Shown one piece after another: positions 23,631 to 36,306 of a stretch of DNA of 64,000 nt. Each line of letters begins with the position of its first letter. The first letter of the stretch is position 1. Both the position numbers and the translations under genes were made by a program. The stretch is from Tubulanus polymorphus. Taxonomy: Eukaryota; Animalia; Nemertea. The notes under the pieces were generated by a model, which saw only the letters and a list, made by a program, of their open reading frames with translations, did no database searches and was not told where the DNA came from. The stretch is from assembly GCF_964204645.1 (NCBI RefSeq), contig NC_134026.1, forward strand, positions 22,540,150-22,604,149. Reading direction: 5' to 3'.

Positions 23631-26600
23631 ATGGACTTTCTAGCCGAGAACAACCCGTGCGGTCAGAATATACTGCGTCTCGTTTCAAGGGGAAACGCTA
23701 TTATTGCGGAATTGCTTCGTTTATCAGATTTTATCCCGCCTGTTTTTAAACTAGAAAACAAACAAGACATTCAAAAATATGGCGAGCTGATGGCAGACTT
23801 CAGCTATTTCCAAAGCGCTGAATATTTCGATAACAAAATCGATTCGAAGGCAGTGAGTTCAAAATTTCATACGTGTATGATCTCAATGATTGGAATATTC
23901 GTATAAATTTTGTGATCATTTTTGTTTTCAGGAGCTGCAAGATTTAGACGAAGAATTTCGTGAAAATCATATTGAAATTTTAACGCGGTTTTACCTGGCG
24001 TTTGAAAGTGTGCACAAATATGTGGTCGATTTGAATCACTACATCAGTGAATTAGACGAATGTGTCTATGTTCACCAAACCCTTGAATCTGTCCTGCTAA
24101 ACGAGGATGGCAAGCAACTACTGGTAAGATATGATAAGATCCGCTAATCTTTGCTTATCATCGATGAATTGTGACCATGAGGCTTAGATCCTATATTGCA
24201 TGTTCAGTCGCGGTGGCAAGATTCTGTTCCCTGGCTATGACTTGATGCTTTGATTTGTATGTCTGCAAAGAAGTCTGATCCTTGCTGAACAAATTATAAA
24301 TTTGTATAATACATTTCAGTGTGAAGGGCTTTATCTCTATGGAATTATGTTAATCCTTCTGGATCTTAAAATTGAGGGGCCTGTTCGAGAAAGAATGCTG
24401 GTTTCCTATCACAGATACAGGTGTGTTTTCGATATCTTCAGTTCCTTTGAAGACTTGGAAGTTTCATAAGATCTTCTTCCACTTCTGAATATTTCAAATA
24501 ATTCCAGCGCTCAAAATGCAGCCATCAATTCTAATATCGATGATGTCTGCAACTTGTTACGAAATACTAACTTTTCCAATACTCCTGGAACAAGAAGACC
24601 AGCCAGTTATCCTGAATCTTATTTTGGGTAAGTATCTGTTAGGAACTGTAATACCAAGATATCTTGCATACAGCAAATGATAATTTGATATTCATCATTT
24701 TATTGTAAAAGAGAGCTTCATATGCAGCTCACATATCAAATAATATAAAAATATAAAATGTGACGGGGCGTTATACAGGAGGTTGACTGTAATAGGATCA
24801 TCAAAATCGTAATACATTTCAAGGGCAGAATTCTAAATGAAAATGTCCACTTAATTACAGACGAATACCAATTGATAATGATTTCGTCAGCATGGTAATT
24901 GGTCGCCTTCGTTCCGACGATATCTACAATCAGATATCGGCTTATCCGATGCCGGAACACCGCAGCACAGCTTTAGCCAATCAGGCGGCTATGTTATACG
25001 TTTGCTTGTATTTTGCACCATCGATTCTACACAACCAACAAGCGATTATGAGGGAGATTGTTGATAAACACTTCCCTGATAATTGGGTGAGTAATTCAAT
25101 CCTGTATTCTTTTACTAGAGATAATTTTTGGAAAAGCATGTTATACCAATAATGATGAAAGATCCACTAATTTGAATGCAAAAGGAAAATTTTTAAAATC
25201 TTTAGATTGTCATTAATTTATTACGTTATTTCATAGAGTAAAAAGTGATGCTACACTTATTGTACAATTTGTACGTCATATTGCAGGTTATATCAATATA
25301 TATGGGTATAACAGTCAATCTGCTCGATGCCTGGACACCGTATAAAGCTGCTCTGACTGCTCTCAGTAACACACTGGATACAAATAACATTCGCCAGTTA
25401 GTAAGTGTCTACGTTGATAAACATTACTAACATTGTTGTATGGATATGCATTAAATCTTTATTGATACAAAATTGTAGTGACAGTTCTTAAAAAGGGCGT
25501 TTACCACCGAATAAAAAGGTTTGGACCCCTCCCTATGGATATGAAAGCTAGATATAGTCTTGATAATAATACATTCATCCATGGAGCATACATCATAAAA
25601 TATGAGTTTTTAGTTAATCAGCACATTTATATCATATTTTTCTTTCAATACCAAAACTGTTTCATTATCAACAGGCAACAAGGTTTGCTGGTAAGGTACA
25701 GAAATTGATGCCCGCTGTTCAGAAATACCTGAAAGAAGGTGTTTTAGAGGATGAGTTTGTATTGGATAACGTACCAAAACTCATCAATGTCCTACGTGAG
25801 GCGAATGTTACCATACGCTGGATGATGTTACATACATCAATCCTTAGTTCGAGTATGTCTGCTTTTCATAGAATCATTCGATCAATTTTGCGAAATGTTT
25901 GACGCTGGAATTGTTTCTTATACTGATTGAATTTGTTTTCAAAGGTGCCGAAGCGAACAAGCGCTGTCGTCAGATAAGAGATCAAGTTATCGCAGACAGC
26001 AGATACAGTCCATTGGTGGTATTCAATTTACTCCTGAATACAGGACAGTTCGAATTCAAACTGAAAGAGGTAAAATTTATTGTTTTTGTCCCGTCAATTT
26101 TAGTAAAGAGTTTATGCCGAATAGCACTCGATCTTACCTTTACTGTAGTTATTCAAACGTATGTTGCTTGAGAAAAAGGAGAACTGGGAGAAATATAAAA
26201 AGGAAGGCAGTGAGAGAATGCAAGAGCTCAGTGAAGTGTTCTCCGGGACAAAACCTCTTACGAGAGTTGAGAAAAATGGTATGTAATTTGAGTTAAATCT
26301 ATTTTTAACTGACTTAAGGTTAAAGCTCCAGTGGACTATTGCATTCACTTTTCGTCTGTCTGTTTGGTTGTCTGTTGTCAGATTGTCAAGCATTTCATCA
26401 AGTGGCCATGGTGTCCCTGGATCCCTAGTTGTTATCTGGAGTTTGCTATCAGTTTTATTTGTTAATTTCTAGATAATCTGCAAGCATGGTTTGGTGATAT
26501 GAATAAACAAATTGATTCCCTTGCGTATGATGATTCAACTTCTGTGGGCAGGAAGATTGTTCAGCTTATTCAAGCTTTAGAAGGGGTTTGTTTCATTTTG

Positions 26601-29600
26601 AAAGTCACATGAAATGATCACACTTTATTGTCCCTCCCTATAATATAATATATTGTCCCTATATATCCTCCTAGATAATTTGAAAGGCTCTACATATTTA
26701 ATGGCAGTATTCATTGACAGGTGCAAGAATTTCACCAGTTGGACAGTAACATGCAAGTTATGCAGTTTCTGTTGGACACTCGGAAATATCTGAATCAGAT
26801 GATCCGTACTATTAACATCAATGAAGAAGTGCTTATCACTATTCAGATAGTGGCAGATATATCATATGCATGGTGTATCATCGATAGGTATGTAGCCGAA
26901 GATTTTTTAAATCAATTAAGAATGATTGCTAAAACAGCAATCCATCACTGAATGTAAAGTGAAGATGATTTAGTTTTACCAGCGACTACAAGTGATTAAA
27001 ATAGACAGTGGTTTGATTTCAGTTTCACTCAAGAAATGCAGAATGGTATCAAACAAGATCCATCATTGGTGATAAAGCTTCGTGCAACATTTCTTAAGGT
27101 AAGTACAATGCTTATTAATGGATAAAAACGAGACAATACCCCATAACCAACACAGTATTTGATTTCTCTCTATTTGATGAATGTTTTAGATGTCATCTGC
27201 TCTTGAAATTCCTCTACTGCGAATAAATCAAGCCAATAGTCCCGATTTGATAAGTGTGTCGCAGTACTATTCTGGAGAATTGGTTGCATATGTCCGAAAA
27301 GTCTTACAAGTGAGTTGTATATCCTCAAATGTGGAACTGGACCAGAATTTTACTTGAAGTAGTACACAAACCTATTCACAGGAAAACTTTTTTTTTTAAC
27401 AGATCATTCCACAAACAATGTTTGCCCTTCTGGCAAAAATTATTCATATTCTGACACATCAGATGCATGAACTACCAACAAGATTAGAAAAAGAGAAAAT
27501 GCGTGAATATGCTCAACTGGATGAAAGATTTGAGGTATTGTACATTTACCAGTACTTTAAATTAATCTTTTCATAAAGAATGTAACTATGTGGTTGGAAG
27601 AGGACTAAAACTTCTCTTAATGCTTTAAGATGCATACGGACTAAGGGACGCCTACATCTGTTATCTTTGTAATTAAATAGGTGGCGCAATTGACTCATTC
27701 AATATCTGTATTTACCGAAGGGATTTTGATGATGAAAACGACCTTAGTTGGAATAATCAAGGTACTACTAGATAGAAGACCTCCTACTATGGAGAAGCCA
27801 TCACTTATTTTACATTCAACCGATTTTTTCCAATGCAGGTCGATCCGAAGCAACTTTTGGAAGATGGAATCAGGAAAGAACTGGTTCAACGTGTAGCTTT
27901 AGCTTTACATCAAGGACTTATTTTTAACCAGAAAGCGAAGGTATCGTCAGAAACTATTAGTGTTATCAACCAGATAGTACCTCATAAACTTGTAGCTTGC
28001 ATCTAGTTTTGATGCATTTACAGTAGCTCCTTGTTAAAACAATTCAATATGAGAAACTGAAATTTCAGCCGCGAACAAGATTTCATCGAAATTATATGAG
28101 ATGGTGGATTAAATTTTGCAACCTTTATTACTAGCATAATTGTTGAATACTTACAGTCGAGTGAATTGATTCCGAGACTGGAAGCTTTAGGAGCTACGAT
28201 GGATGGATTCAGACGATCGTTCGAGTATATACAGGATTATGTCAATATTTCTGGCTTGAAAATATGGCAAGAAGAAATGTCCCGAATTATCAACTTCAAC
28301 GTTGAACTCGAGTGCAACAGCTTTCTTCGAACTAAGGTAGATTGACACAATAAACTGATCTCACAACTTTGGAACACTTAGTCCAGATCACATTTTTCCG
28401 CTATGACAATCGGTCTAAGATTTTACCTTGGCCAGAAATTGTATTCTTAACTAACTCCTTTGTTCACAGATTCAAGAATGGCAAAGTGTCTATCAATCCT
28501 CGACAATACGCATTCCAACGTACCCGCCTGTCGATAACCAGTCTGTAAACTTCATTGGACGTTTAGCTCGGGAAATTATTAGAATTACTGATCCGAAGTA
28601 AGTGATCTTAAGAAAACAAGATAAGATCTGCAGAAATTGAAAGTTATGGGTATAAGCTACAGGTAAATTGCATGGCTAAAGATGACTGTTGATATTGATC
28701 AATTCAGGACTACTAGTTATATCGATCAGATGAACAACTGGTACGATTATCGATCAAAACAGGAAGTCATGAATATGAGGATGTTCCGTCGATTAGAGGT
28801 GAATTAACTGTCTTATTACCTCTTACCCCTTAGCATATCTAAAACTGTCACCGAGCACTCCTTACTGGATCATGAGCGTTGTTAGCAAATCAACATTTCA
28901 CATAACACCATAATGTTTGTTTCTTTCAGAGAGGTGTTGGTACATTCGGTTTGACAGGACTTGATCGATTGATGAGTTTTATGATTGTTCAGGAATTGCA
29001 GAACTTCATATTAAGACTCAAACGTAACGTGTTCAAGGACAAAATGACCATGGAGGTTTTTGGCACACTGCTCAAATCGGTTGCACCAGTCAAAGGAATC
29101 ATAGGTAAAAGGATAAATTTAATCGGGCTCGATTGCATTAAAAGAAAGATATTTTACAAAGCATTTAGGTTGTGCCTTCATGGAAATATCAAAGCTGATG
29201 GCTTAACAGATTAAAGTTCACATCTCTTTAACATAGAATTGTTTACGAACTTAGCCCTAGATGTGTGAGAGGATATACTCCAATATTTCTGTTTTTTAAG
29301 CACAACCTCAAAGAGTTTACTCGGCTGCTTCCTCAAAGATAACAAAAATCTGGCCCTTATTTCTGGATATGATATTGAAGGTGAGAATTGCTGTTAATTT
29401 GTTATTATTTGTGTTCTAATTTCCCTTCTACGTGTGTTCATATTGCAATCCTTCATTGTAGGTTGGACAAATGCAGTTATTAAGAAGGCAAATCATCAAT
29501 GAGCTCAATACAAGCTGTAAATTTGATTCTAAATTCCTTGCCAGCTCACTACAAACACTGAATGAGTAAGTATATTTGTGTATTGTAGGTACTTTTATCG

Positions 29601-30651
29601 GTAGAAGGTATCTAGAGAGTGAGAAATTGGATTGTTGATACAGAATATTTACAATATTTTGAATATATTACAAATTATCATTTTAGGGCACTTTTGGCCG
29701 ATATCGAAAGGCATTATCAAGATCCTACAAAACCGTATCCAAAAGAAGACAATCCCCTTATGTATGAGTTGACTTCATACTTGGAAAATGCTGGTATTAC
29801 GAAACCACTGACCAAGATTTACATCACTACTGAGAAAATGCCATACCTCGCCATCTTCCTGTTCATGCTAGTCATTTCGCAACTGCCAAAACTAGTCTAT
29901 ATGAAGACAGTAGGTAAGAGTCGATACACAAATTTCAAATGATACAAGTGGTACTGGTAAACCATTTGACCTATGTGTCCGCTATAGCTATGAATAAAAG
30001 CATGTTGCAGTCTGTATGCATACGTATGGTATTATTTTTAGGGAGCATGGTGTGTAAGAAGCCAGCAGAGCCGCTGGATGGTCCCCCATTTGTTGTAGGA
30101 GTGCTGACTCTACTGCGTCAATTCCATCCAGAGAACACAACGCAGTTCATTTCCTTATTAGGACAATTTGTACGATCACATGTGGAAACTTGTCAAAGCG
30201 CTAAAACTCCCGAACTTCCCCAGGACGTCGTCAACGCTTTAGTTTTCATCGACGATTTTATCTACTACAGTGGAACTTCGAAAAAGGTCAGTAGTAACAT
30301 ATAATTTTTTGTGAAATCAATAATACCAGCGTTTTGACACAAATAACGAGAGAAATCCCACAATAAATTCAGCTAAAGACTATTAGCCATCATCGTACGG
30401 ATGATGGCTAATAGTCTTTAGCCGAAACGTTGCGCAATATATATATATATACTCTTCTATTCAAGTTTCACGTTTTGACTGAATTTATTGTGGGATTTCT
30501 CTCGTTATCATCTTACACGGATATTGTGTATCTTCTCGACTTGACACAAATATTTTCCAATTTTATTTTTGTTCATATTTTGTTTCAGATGGTTGAAAGT
30601 CACATTCCTAGTTACATTATGGACCAATTCAAAGCACTGAATGCTCAGTAA
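23631..30651 (+). CDS. WASHC5: WASH complex subunit 5 (strumpellin), more than 20 exons
   Basis: [102 protein letters not shown]..., [13 protein letters not shown]; stop at 30651. Confidence 0.97.
26320..26430 (+). mobile_element. Internally deleted mini-HINE in a WASHC5 intron
   Basis: CTATTGCATTCACTTTTCGTCTGTCTG (GTCY microsatellite end) joined to CAAGTGGCCATGGTGTCCCTGGATCCCTAGTT (3' end). Confidence 0.6.
30343..30508 (+). mobile_element. Penelope-like retroelement remnant with inverted ends and a hammerhead-like motif, in the last WASHC5 intron
   Basis: Outer inverted repeat ATAACGAGAGAAATCCCACAATAAATTCAG / CTGAATTTATTGTGGGATTTCTCTCGTTAT. Inner GATGA-T-GGCTAA-loop-TTAGCC-GAAACGTT. Confidence 0.55.
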
Positions 30652-30987
30652 TTGATTCTGTCATAATCGATGAACATACTGTCTTCTGATACTGGAGCCA
30701 GGTATTGCGGTATTGCGCTCAGGAGATTTTATTGATTGAAAATGAAGTCAAACATAAACCGCAACTGTGGATTTGTTACCAGACGGCTTATATACAAAAT
30801 GTGTAAACATTTCTAATTTTGTGTTAATGATTACTTGTAAAGATACATATATAATGATATCCATGGTGCTATAATTGAAAATATTATTGATAATATCACT
30901 GTAATTACATCACCTCAATTCGTACCTATTTGCAACCATACATGTGTTATAGAATATATAAAAATATAGTCTATGATATCGCGTAAT

Positions 30988-31140
30988 TATGGAATTCCTC
31001 AAGGGCCATATGACTTACGAATTACAAGTTACGTTTGACAAATTATGACTTACGTTTTACGAGTTACTAATACATTTCCTTCATCAATATGTTACGATTT
31101 ATGATTTACGTTTTATGACTTATGTTTTACGAATTACACG
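30988..31140. mobile_element. One-ended IS3EU-like fragment
   Basis: TATGGAA start followed by TTACGTTTTACGA-type subterminal repeats like those of the 2900-3804 element; no partner TIR found. Confidence 0.45.
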
Positions 31141-34059
31141 TTTCAGTCCCGGAGTTATTTTAGATATATTATAGGCCAGTGTGTGATAATTTTCTGAAGG
31201 GCCTGACCTACCCAGTCAGCGTTAGGATCCCGATTCTATTGTCTCTGCTGTTGTTTTCTGTCATTCAACTTGTCAAGGACTCCAGACCTAAGGATCCATC
31301 ACACATCATTGGAGCCGCTTTCCTTTGAACCCTGGATAGTTTTAAATAACCCCAAGTCCGGGTGGAGTAAAGACATCCATAAGACACATAGTAGAATCAG
31401 CTCTTATTTGTAAAACTTTCGAAATCCAACTTATCTACCATCTCCGGCCACATCAATTATTATCTAGAGACATCAACATGATCTCTACTAGATTATGGTT
31501 AATGTCAACGGGTCACACTGCTTTCTCCGTCCTCTTCTACCCCCCCCCCCCCATTACATAATTTGTATTCATCCTGGACTGTTCATATCTTGTGGTTTCT
31601 ACGGTACCGGTACCCCTGGTTGTTTTCATTTGTCACTTGTTCTGTTAACATTTATTCTGACACATTGCTTTTGTTTATGTCCTGTCAGTTTATATGCTAC
31701 GTAACTTCCGTTTTCTGGTCATTCCATCTGATGATGGCTGTTAGTCAACAGTCGAAATGTTGTGGTTGGTTTCGTTTTAATAGATTATTTCATATAAAAT
31801 TCGAATCATGCGACTTTTTCCGTCAACAACTGTCAACGGGCCCAGTGTAATGTGCAAAGTCGCATTGGTTTTGCCATTGAATCATGTAATCACATAATCA
31901 TGTCTTCCGAACGTGTAAAAGTTTGCCAGCGGACCAACCAGTTGGTGGGATTATTTATTGGGTTGAAAAAAAGAAGTACATTGCAAGAATTAAACACAGG
32001 AGCTCGTATCAGAGTTTTAGGTAGTATAAAAACTGTTGATTAACAGACACTAGATTGACAGATTATCTTTTTTACACTACCTACAACTCCATTGGGATCC
32101 CTGGGTGAAACTGATTGGACAACAGCGATGCCCACCGCACAGTTTGATAAAAATGTTTAACACTTAAATCGATTTAATTTCTTCACTAATTCAGTTTAAC
32201 TTAAATCGATTTAGGCCTTTATCCAGGAGTTGCTATATTAAACTTAACAAATTTCAAAATCAATCATATTTATCCTCATACAACAATTATACAAAATGCC
32301 AGGAGTGCTCGAGGAATTATATATAATGTATGCTCCTCAAACACGTGGACTTTCAAAAACAACTAGTCCAACCACCATAGGCGTATAAACTATAAACAAG
32401 AGTTTATACGCCCATGGTCCAAACATAGACTCTAAAACAAAAAAGTCTATGGCCCAACCATGGACTCAATTGTCCATGGCCCCCGCACTAAAACAAGAGA
32501 TAACCCTGGCCAAATACTCTGGAAAGCGTAGGATTAAGTAATCAATCTAATTTACATTTTTACATCATTTTATTTCACATATCAAATTATTAACTTTTAG
32601 CTTATTTTCTCAAATTTTAATAGTAATTTTATTTCTATTGAAAATGTACTATGTATGAAATTGTACTAACTTTAAAACCACAAAAGTTACATGTAAGGTA
32701 TTTATAAGTCTTTATATATGATACATTTCCACTACAGCTGATTTATACAACTTGCATCAATAGGAAAATAACAAAAATACACAAAGAATTGTAAACCTGA
32801 TTATACCTAAATGACAGGTATTTATGTACTCGAGGAAGTGCCTCAGTCATTTACAAAAACATGACCTGTATTTAGAAAAAGTCTCCAATATAAAATATAA
32901 AAACATTAAAACCAGAGATAAAAACACAAATTCAAACTGGAAAGCTTATGATTAACTAAACAGTCTTTGATTAAATTTTCATCAACTTTATTTTACAAGA
33001 TAACTAGAGTTTTGCCACCTTTGCTCAGACATGATTAAATTGGTTATTTTCTCACATGTTACATTTAATACAAAGTATTTTGGAGGTATCCTCTTATATG
33101 CAATCAACAAGATAAAATTGTTCACCTGTCAATTTGAATACAGCTGGCACAATCTACTAATTAACACTTAATATCAATAACTTAAGTTTATAGCTGTTTT
33201 ACATTCTTTCTAAAAAGTAAAATGTATGTACCAGATTTTAGATAGTAAGTCTACCTCGTATAACAATCAACGGTCACAGCAGTGATTGAGCGTGGCTAGT
33301 TCATAGGACGGTCGATCTTTCATCACAGTTTATTCAAAGCATTCTATCATATCAGTTATTTTCTTTAAGTGTGTTCGATTTAGTTAAGGTTTATGGTTAT
33401 TTGTTTCTGTTCATTACAATAACCGAGTCCGATAGAATGCTTTGAATAACAACAGAAAAAATCTCGGGTTTTCGCTATACTTAGGGAAGATTGTTAGGTT
33501 AACTCAACAGACCTATGAGTCCAATCTAGGTCTCGACGCGACCATTAACTCCTAGTGACTAACCTAACTTGACTTATCTATCGACCAAGGATCGAAGACC
33601 AATATCGTTAATAAATGGAGCTTAGCTTTTATTAGACTCTCACATTGCATAAAACGTCATAAAATAATATTCTTGAAAACACTATAACCAGACTGGTTTG
33701 AAAAAGGGTGATAAGTAAAAAAATCAATACTTTACTACAGAAGTCCGCTATTGTCTTTGGCGCTCCTGGATCTCAGTGTTTATAACATGCACTATTGTCT
33801 TTGCTGCTTTTAAAACAGTGTTCATCCTGATTCAGTGTTTGAGATACGGTAATCCATTAGCATTGTCGCTCGAATCAGTGTTTATAAGATTCACTATTGT
33901 CTCTGCTGCTCCTGGTAAAATGTTTTATAGAAATCAACCACCAATTGTAGAAGAATCCATCGTTGAGTGATTAATCTGTCGCTGGCTCCTCAGCTTATCA
34001 CCTGGGCTTCGGCAGTTTTCATCAGCAAATGGGTCACTCAGTATTCATCTACTTGTAGA

Positions 34060-35220
34060 TTTTCTGATGAGTAGTTGATCTCAAGCTGAGCTTTTCTTAT
34101 AGTTGAAATTTAGCTGCAATGATTAAAAGAAGATATCCCGTAATGACAAAATATTTCAATAAGAATTGTTCGTAATAATTTCATGTATATCAAGTTACCT
34201 TTTATGATTGCTTGGTTCGTAATCGGCGTGGATGATCTAAGTTGGTTGGTTAAATGAGTTGGATTCTAATTGGCCTCATCTGTATGCTGTTCCAGTTGGT
34301 TGATTTTGATGATGAATAGTTGATCTCAAGCTGGGTTTTTTCTTATAGTTGAAATTGAGCTACAATGATTAAAAGAAGATATCCTGTAATGACAAAATAT
34401 TTCATTTAGAATTTATCGCAATAATTCCATATATATTAAGTAACCTTTTGTGATTGCTGGGTTCATTATCGGCGAGGGTCTCCCAAGTTGGTTGTCTAAT
34501 TTTACATGATTTTTGTCGTTTTTCTGTGTAATTAGTCCGAAAGTTTACAAGGTTGAAGATAATTTTGTCGAATTTTAAATTTTTTTATAGTTTTCTCCGT
34601 GTAAAGTTTTTTCAAATCGGAAATCAAAGTACAGATATAGTTGTGTGATCGGCGGTCGATTTTACATAATTTTTCTTCGAAATCGATGTACTTCTTTGTC
34701 TTCTTAGGTTTCGTCGAAGCTGAAATGAATAAAAGGACAACATTCTGTAGTCAAACATTTCTTCATTAATCCTAATTAACATGTATATCAACTTGACTTT
34801 CAAGATTGCAGAGTTCAGCAGCGACTAGGATTTTCTTGACGGCGGTTAAATCTTCAGAATCACTTCTTTGTCTTCTTGGGTTTCATCGAAGCTGAAATGA
34901 ATAAAAGAACAACATTCTGTAGTCAAACATTTCTTCATTAATCCTAATTTACATGTATATCAACTTAACTTTCAAGATTGCAGAGTTCAGCAGCGACTAG
35001 GATTTTCTCGACGGCGGTTAAATCTTCAGAATCACTTCTTTGTCTTCTTGGGTTTCGTCGAAGCTGAAATTGAGTCAAAGAAAAACATTCTGTAGTCAGA
35101 CGTTTCTTCATCATTAATCCTAATTTACATGGGTATCAACTTAACTTTCAAGATTGCCGAGTTCAGTGTCATCATCTTCTGTCGTCTTGGGGCACCGTCG
35201 TCTTCTGGGGGAGTCCTGAA
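34060..35220 (-). pseudogene. Degenerate multi-exon gene (possibly TE-borne) made of tandemly duplicated exon-intron units: 245-bp x2 and 172-bp x3
   Basis: TAGTTGATCTCAAGCTG at 34072 and 34317; GAAGCTGAAAT at 34716, 34888 and 35060. On the minus strand each 172-bp unit reads TTTCAG-exon-GT(T/C)AAG, but the 94-nt exon examined is not frame-preserving. Confidence 0.4.
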
Positions 35221-35702
35221 ATGAAAAAAAAACAGAGATAAAAACCTGGTACGGAACAAAACTAATGTCCGAAAGCGTCGGCTCCCCGGCGCCGGTCATG
35301 TGCAGAAGATACCAGAAAAAGAGTCAGCCAGGAATTCGCTGCCCTCTACACGCCCTCACACAGAACGCGAAAACCTGAATGACAACGCCTCACGTTCACC
35401 ATCTAACCACCAGGATGAACTGGGCGACGTAAGTAACTGACAAACCTGTAAGATTGCTCGAAACACAAATAGCGCAGTACAACCAGCTTGCCCGAATTGA
35501 GATTCAGGATCTCAACTAGCACTCAAAGGCGTGACAAGAGACTTCATCCCTGCCCGAGGTGGTCACAAGGACTCAATGAAACTAGCACTCACAAGCCGAC
35601 AAGAGACTCGTACTTTATAAGTCGTATTTTCACATAAGTCGTATCAATTATAAATTCCAAATCTTCTGATTTCATTCAAAATACCTCGCGTAAGTCATAG
35701 CC

Positions 35703-36306
35703 TACGGAAGCCCCTAGGTGACATACGAGAAAACTTTTTCACAATTTCGACTTATTAAGTCGAATTTCGACATAATAAGTAGAATTTCGTGTTAATTAAG
35801 TCGAATTTCGACTTAATACGTCGAAATTCGACTTAATAAGTCGAATTTCGACTTAATAAGTCGAATTTCGACATAATAAGTCGAATTTCGTGTTAATTAA
35901 GTCGAATTTCGAGTTAATTAAGTCGAATTTCGAGTTTTATTTTCATGTCGAATTTCGACTTATTAAGTCGAAATTCGACTTAATTAACACGAAATTCTAC
36001 TTATTATGTCGAAATTCGACTTCGACTTATTATGTCGAAATTGGACTTATTAAGTCGAATTTCGAGATAATAAGTCGAATTTCGTGTTAATTAAGTCGAA
36101 TTTCGACTTATTAAGTCGAAATTCGACTTAATTAACACGAAATTCGACTTATTATCTCGAAATTCGACTTAATTAACACGAAATTCGACTTATTATCTCG
36201 AAATTCGACTTATTAAGTCGAAATTCGACTTATTATGTCGAAATTCGACTTAATAAGTCGAAATTATGAAAAAAATTATCTCTTATGTCACCTAGGGGCT
36301 TCCGTA
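35703..36306. mobile_element. IS3EU-like non-autonomous element with a 6-bp TSD, filled with palindromic ~20-bp repeats
   Basis: TIR TACGGAAGCCCCTAGGTGACATA / TATGTCACCTAGGGGCTTCCGTA; ATAGCC duplicated at 35697-35702 and 36307-36312; interior is an array of AAGTCGAA(T/A)TTCGACTT variants. Confidence 0.8.

Noticed and set aside
35745-36265. Regularly spaced palindromic repeats resembling a CRISPR array
   Set aside because: No unique spacers, eukaryotic context, no cas genes, and bounded by TIRs with a TSD.
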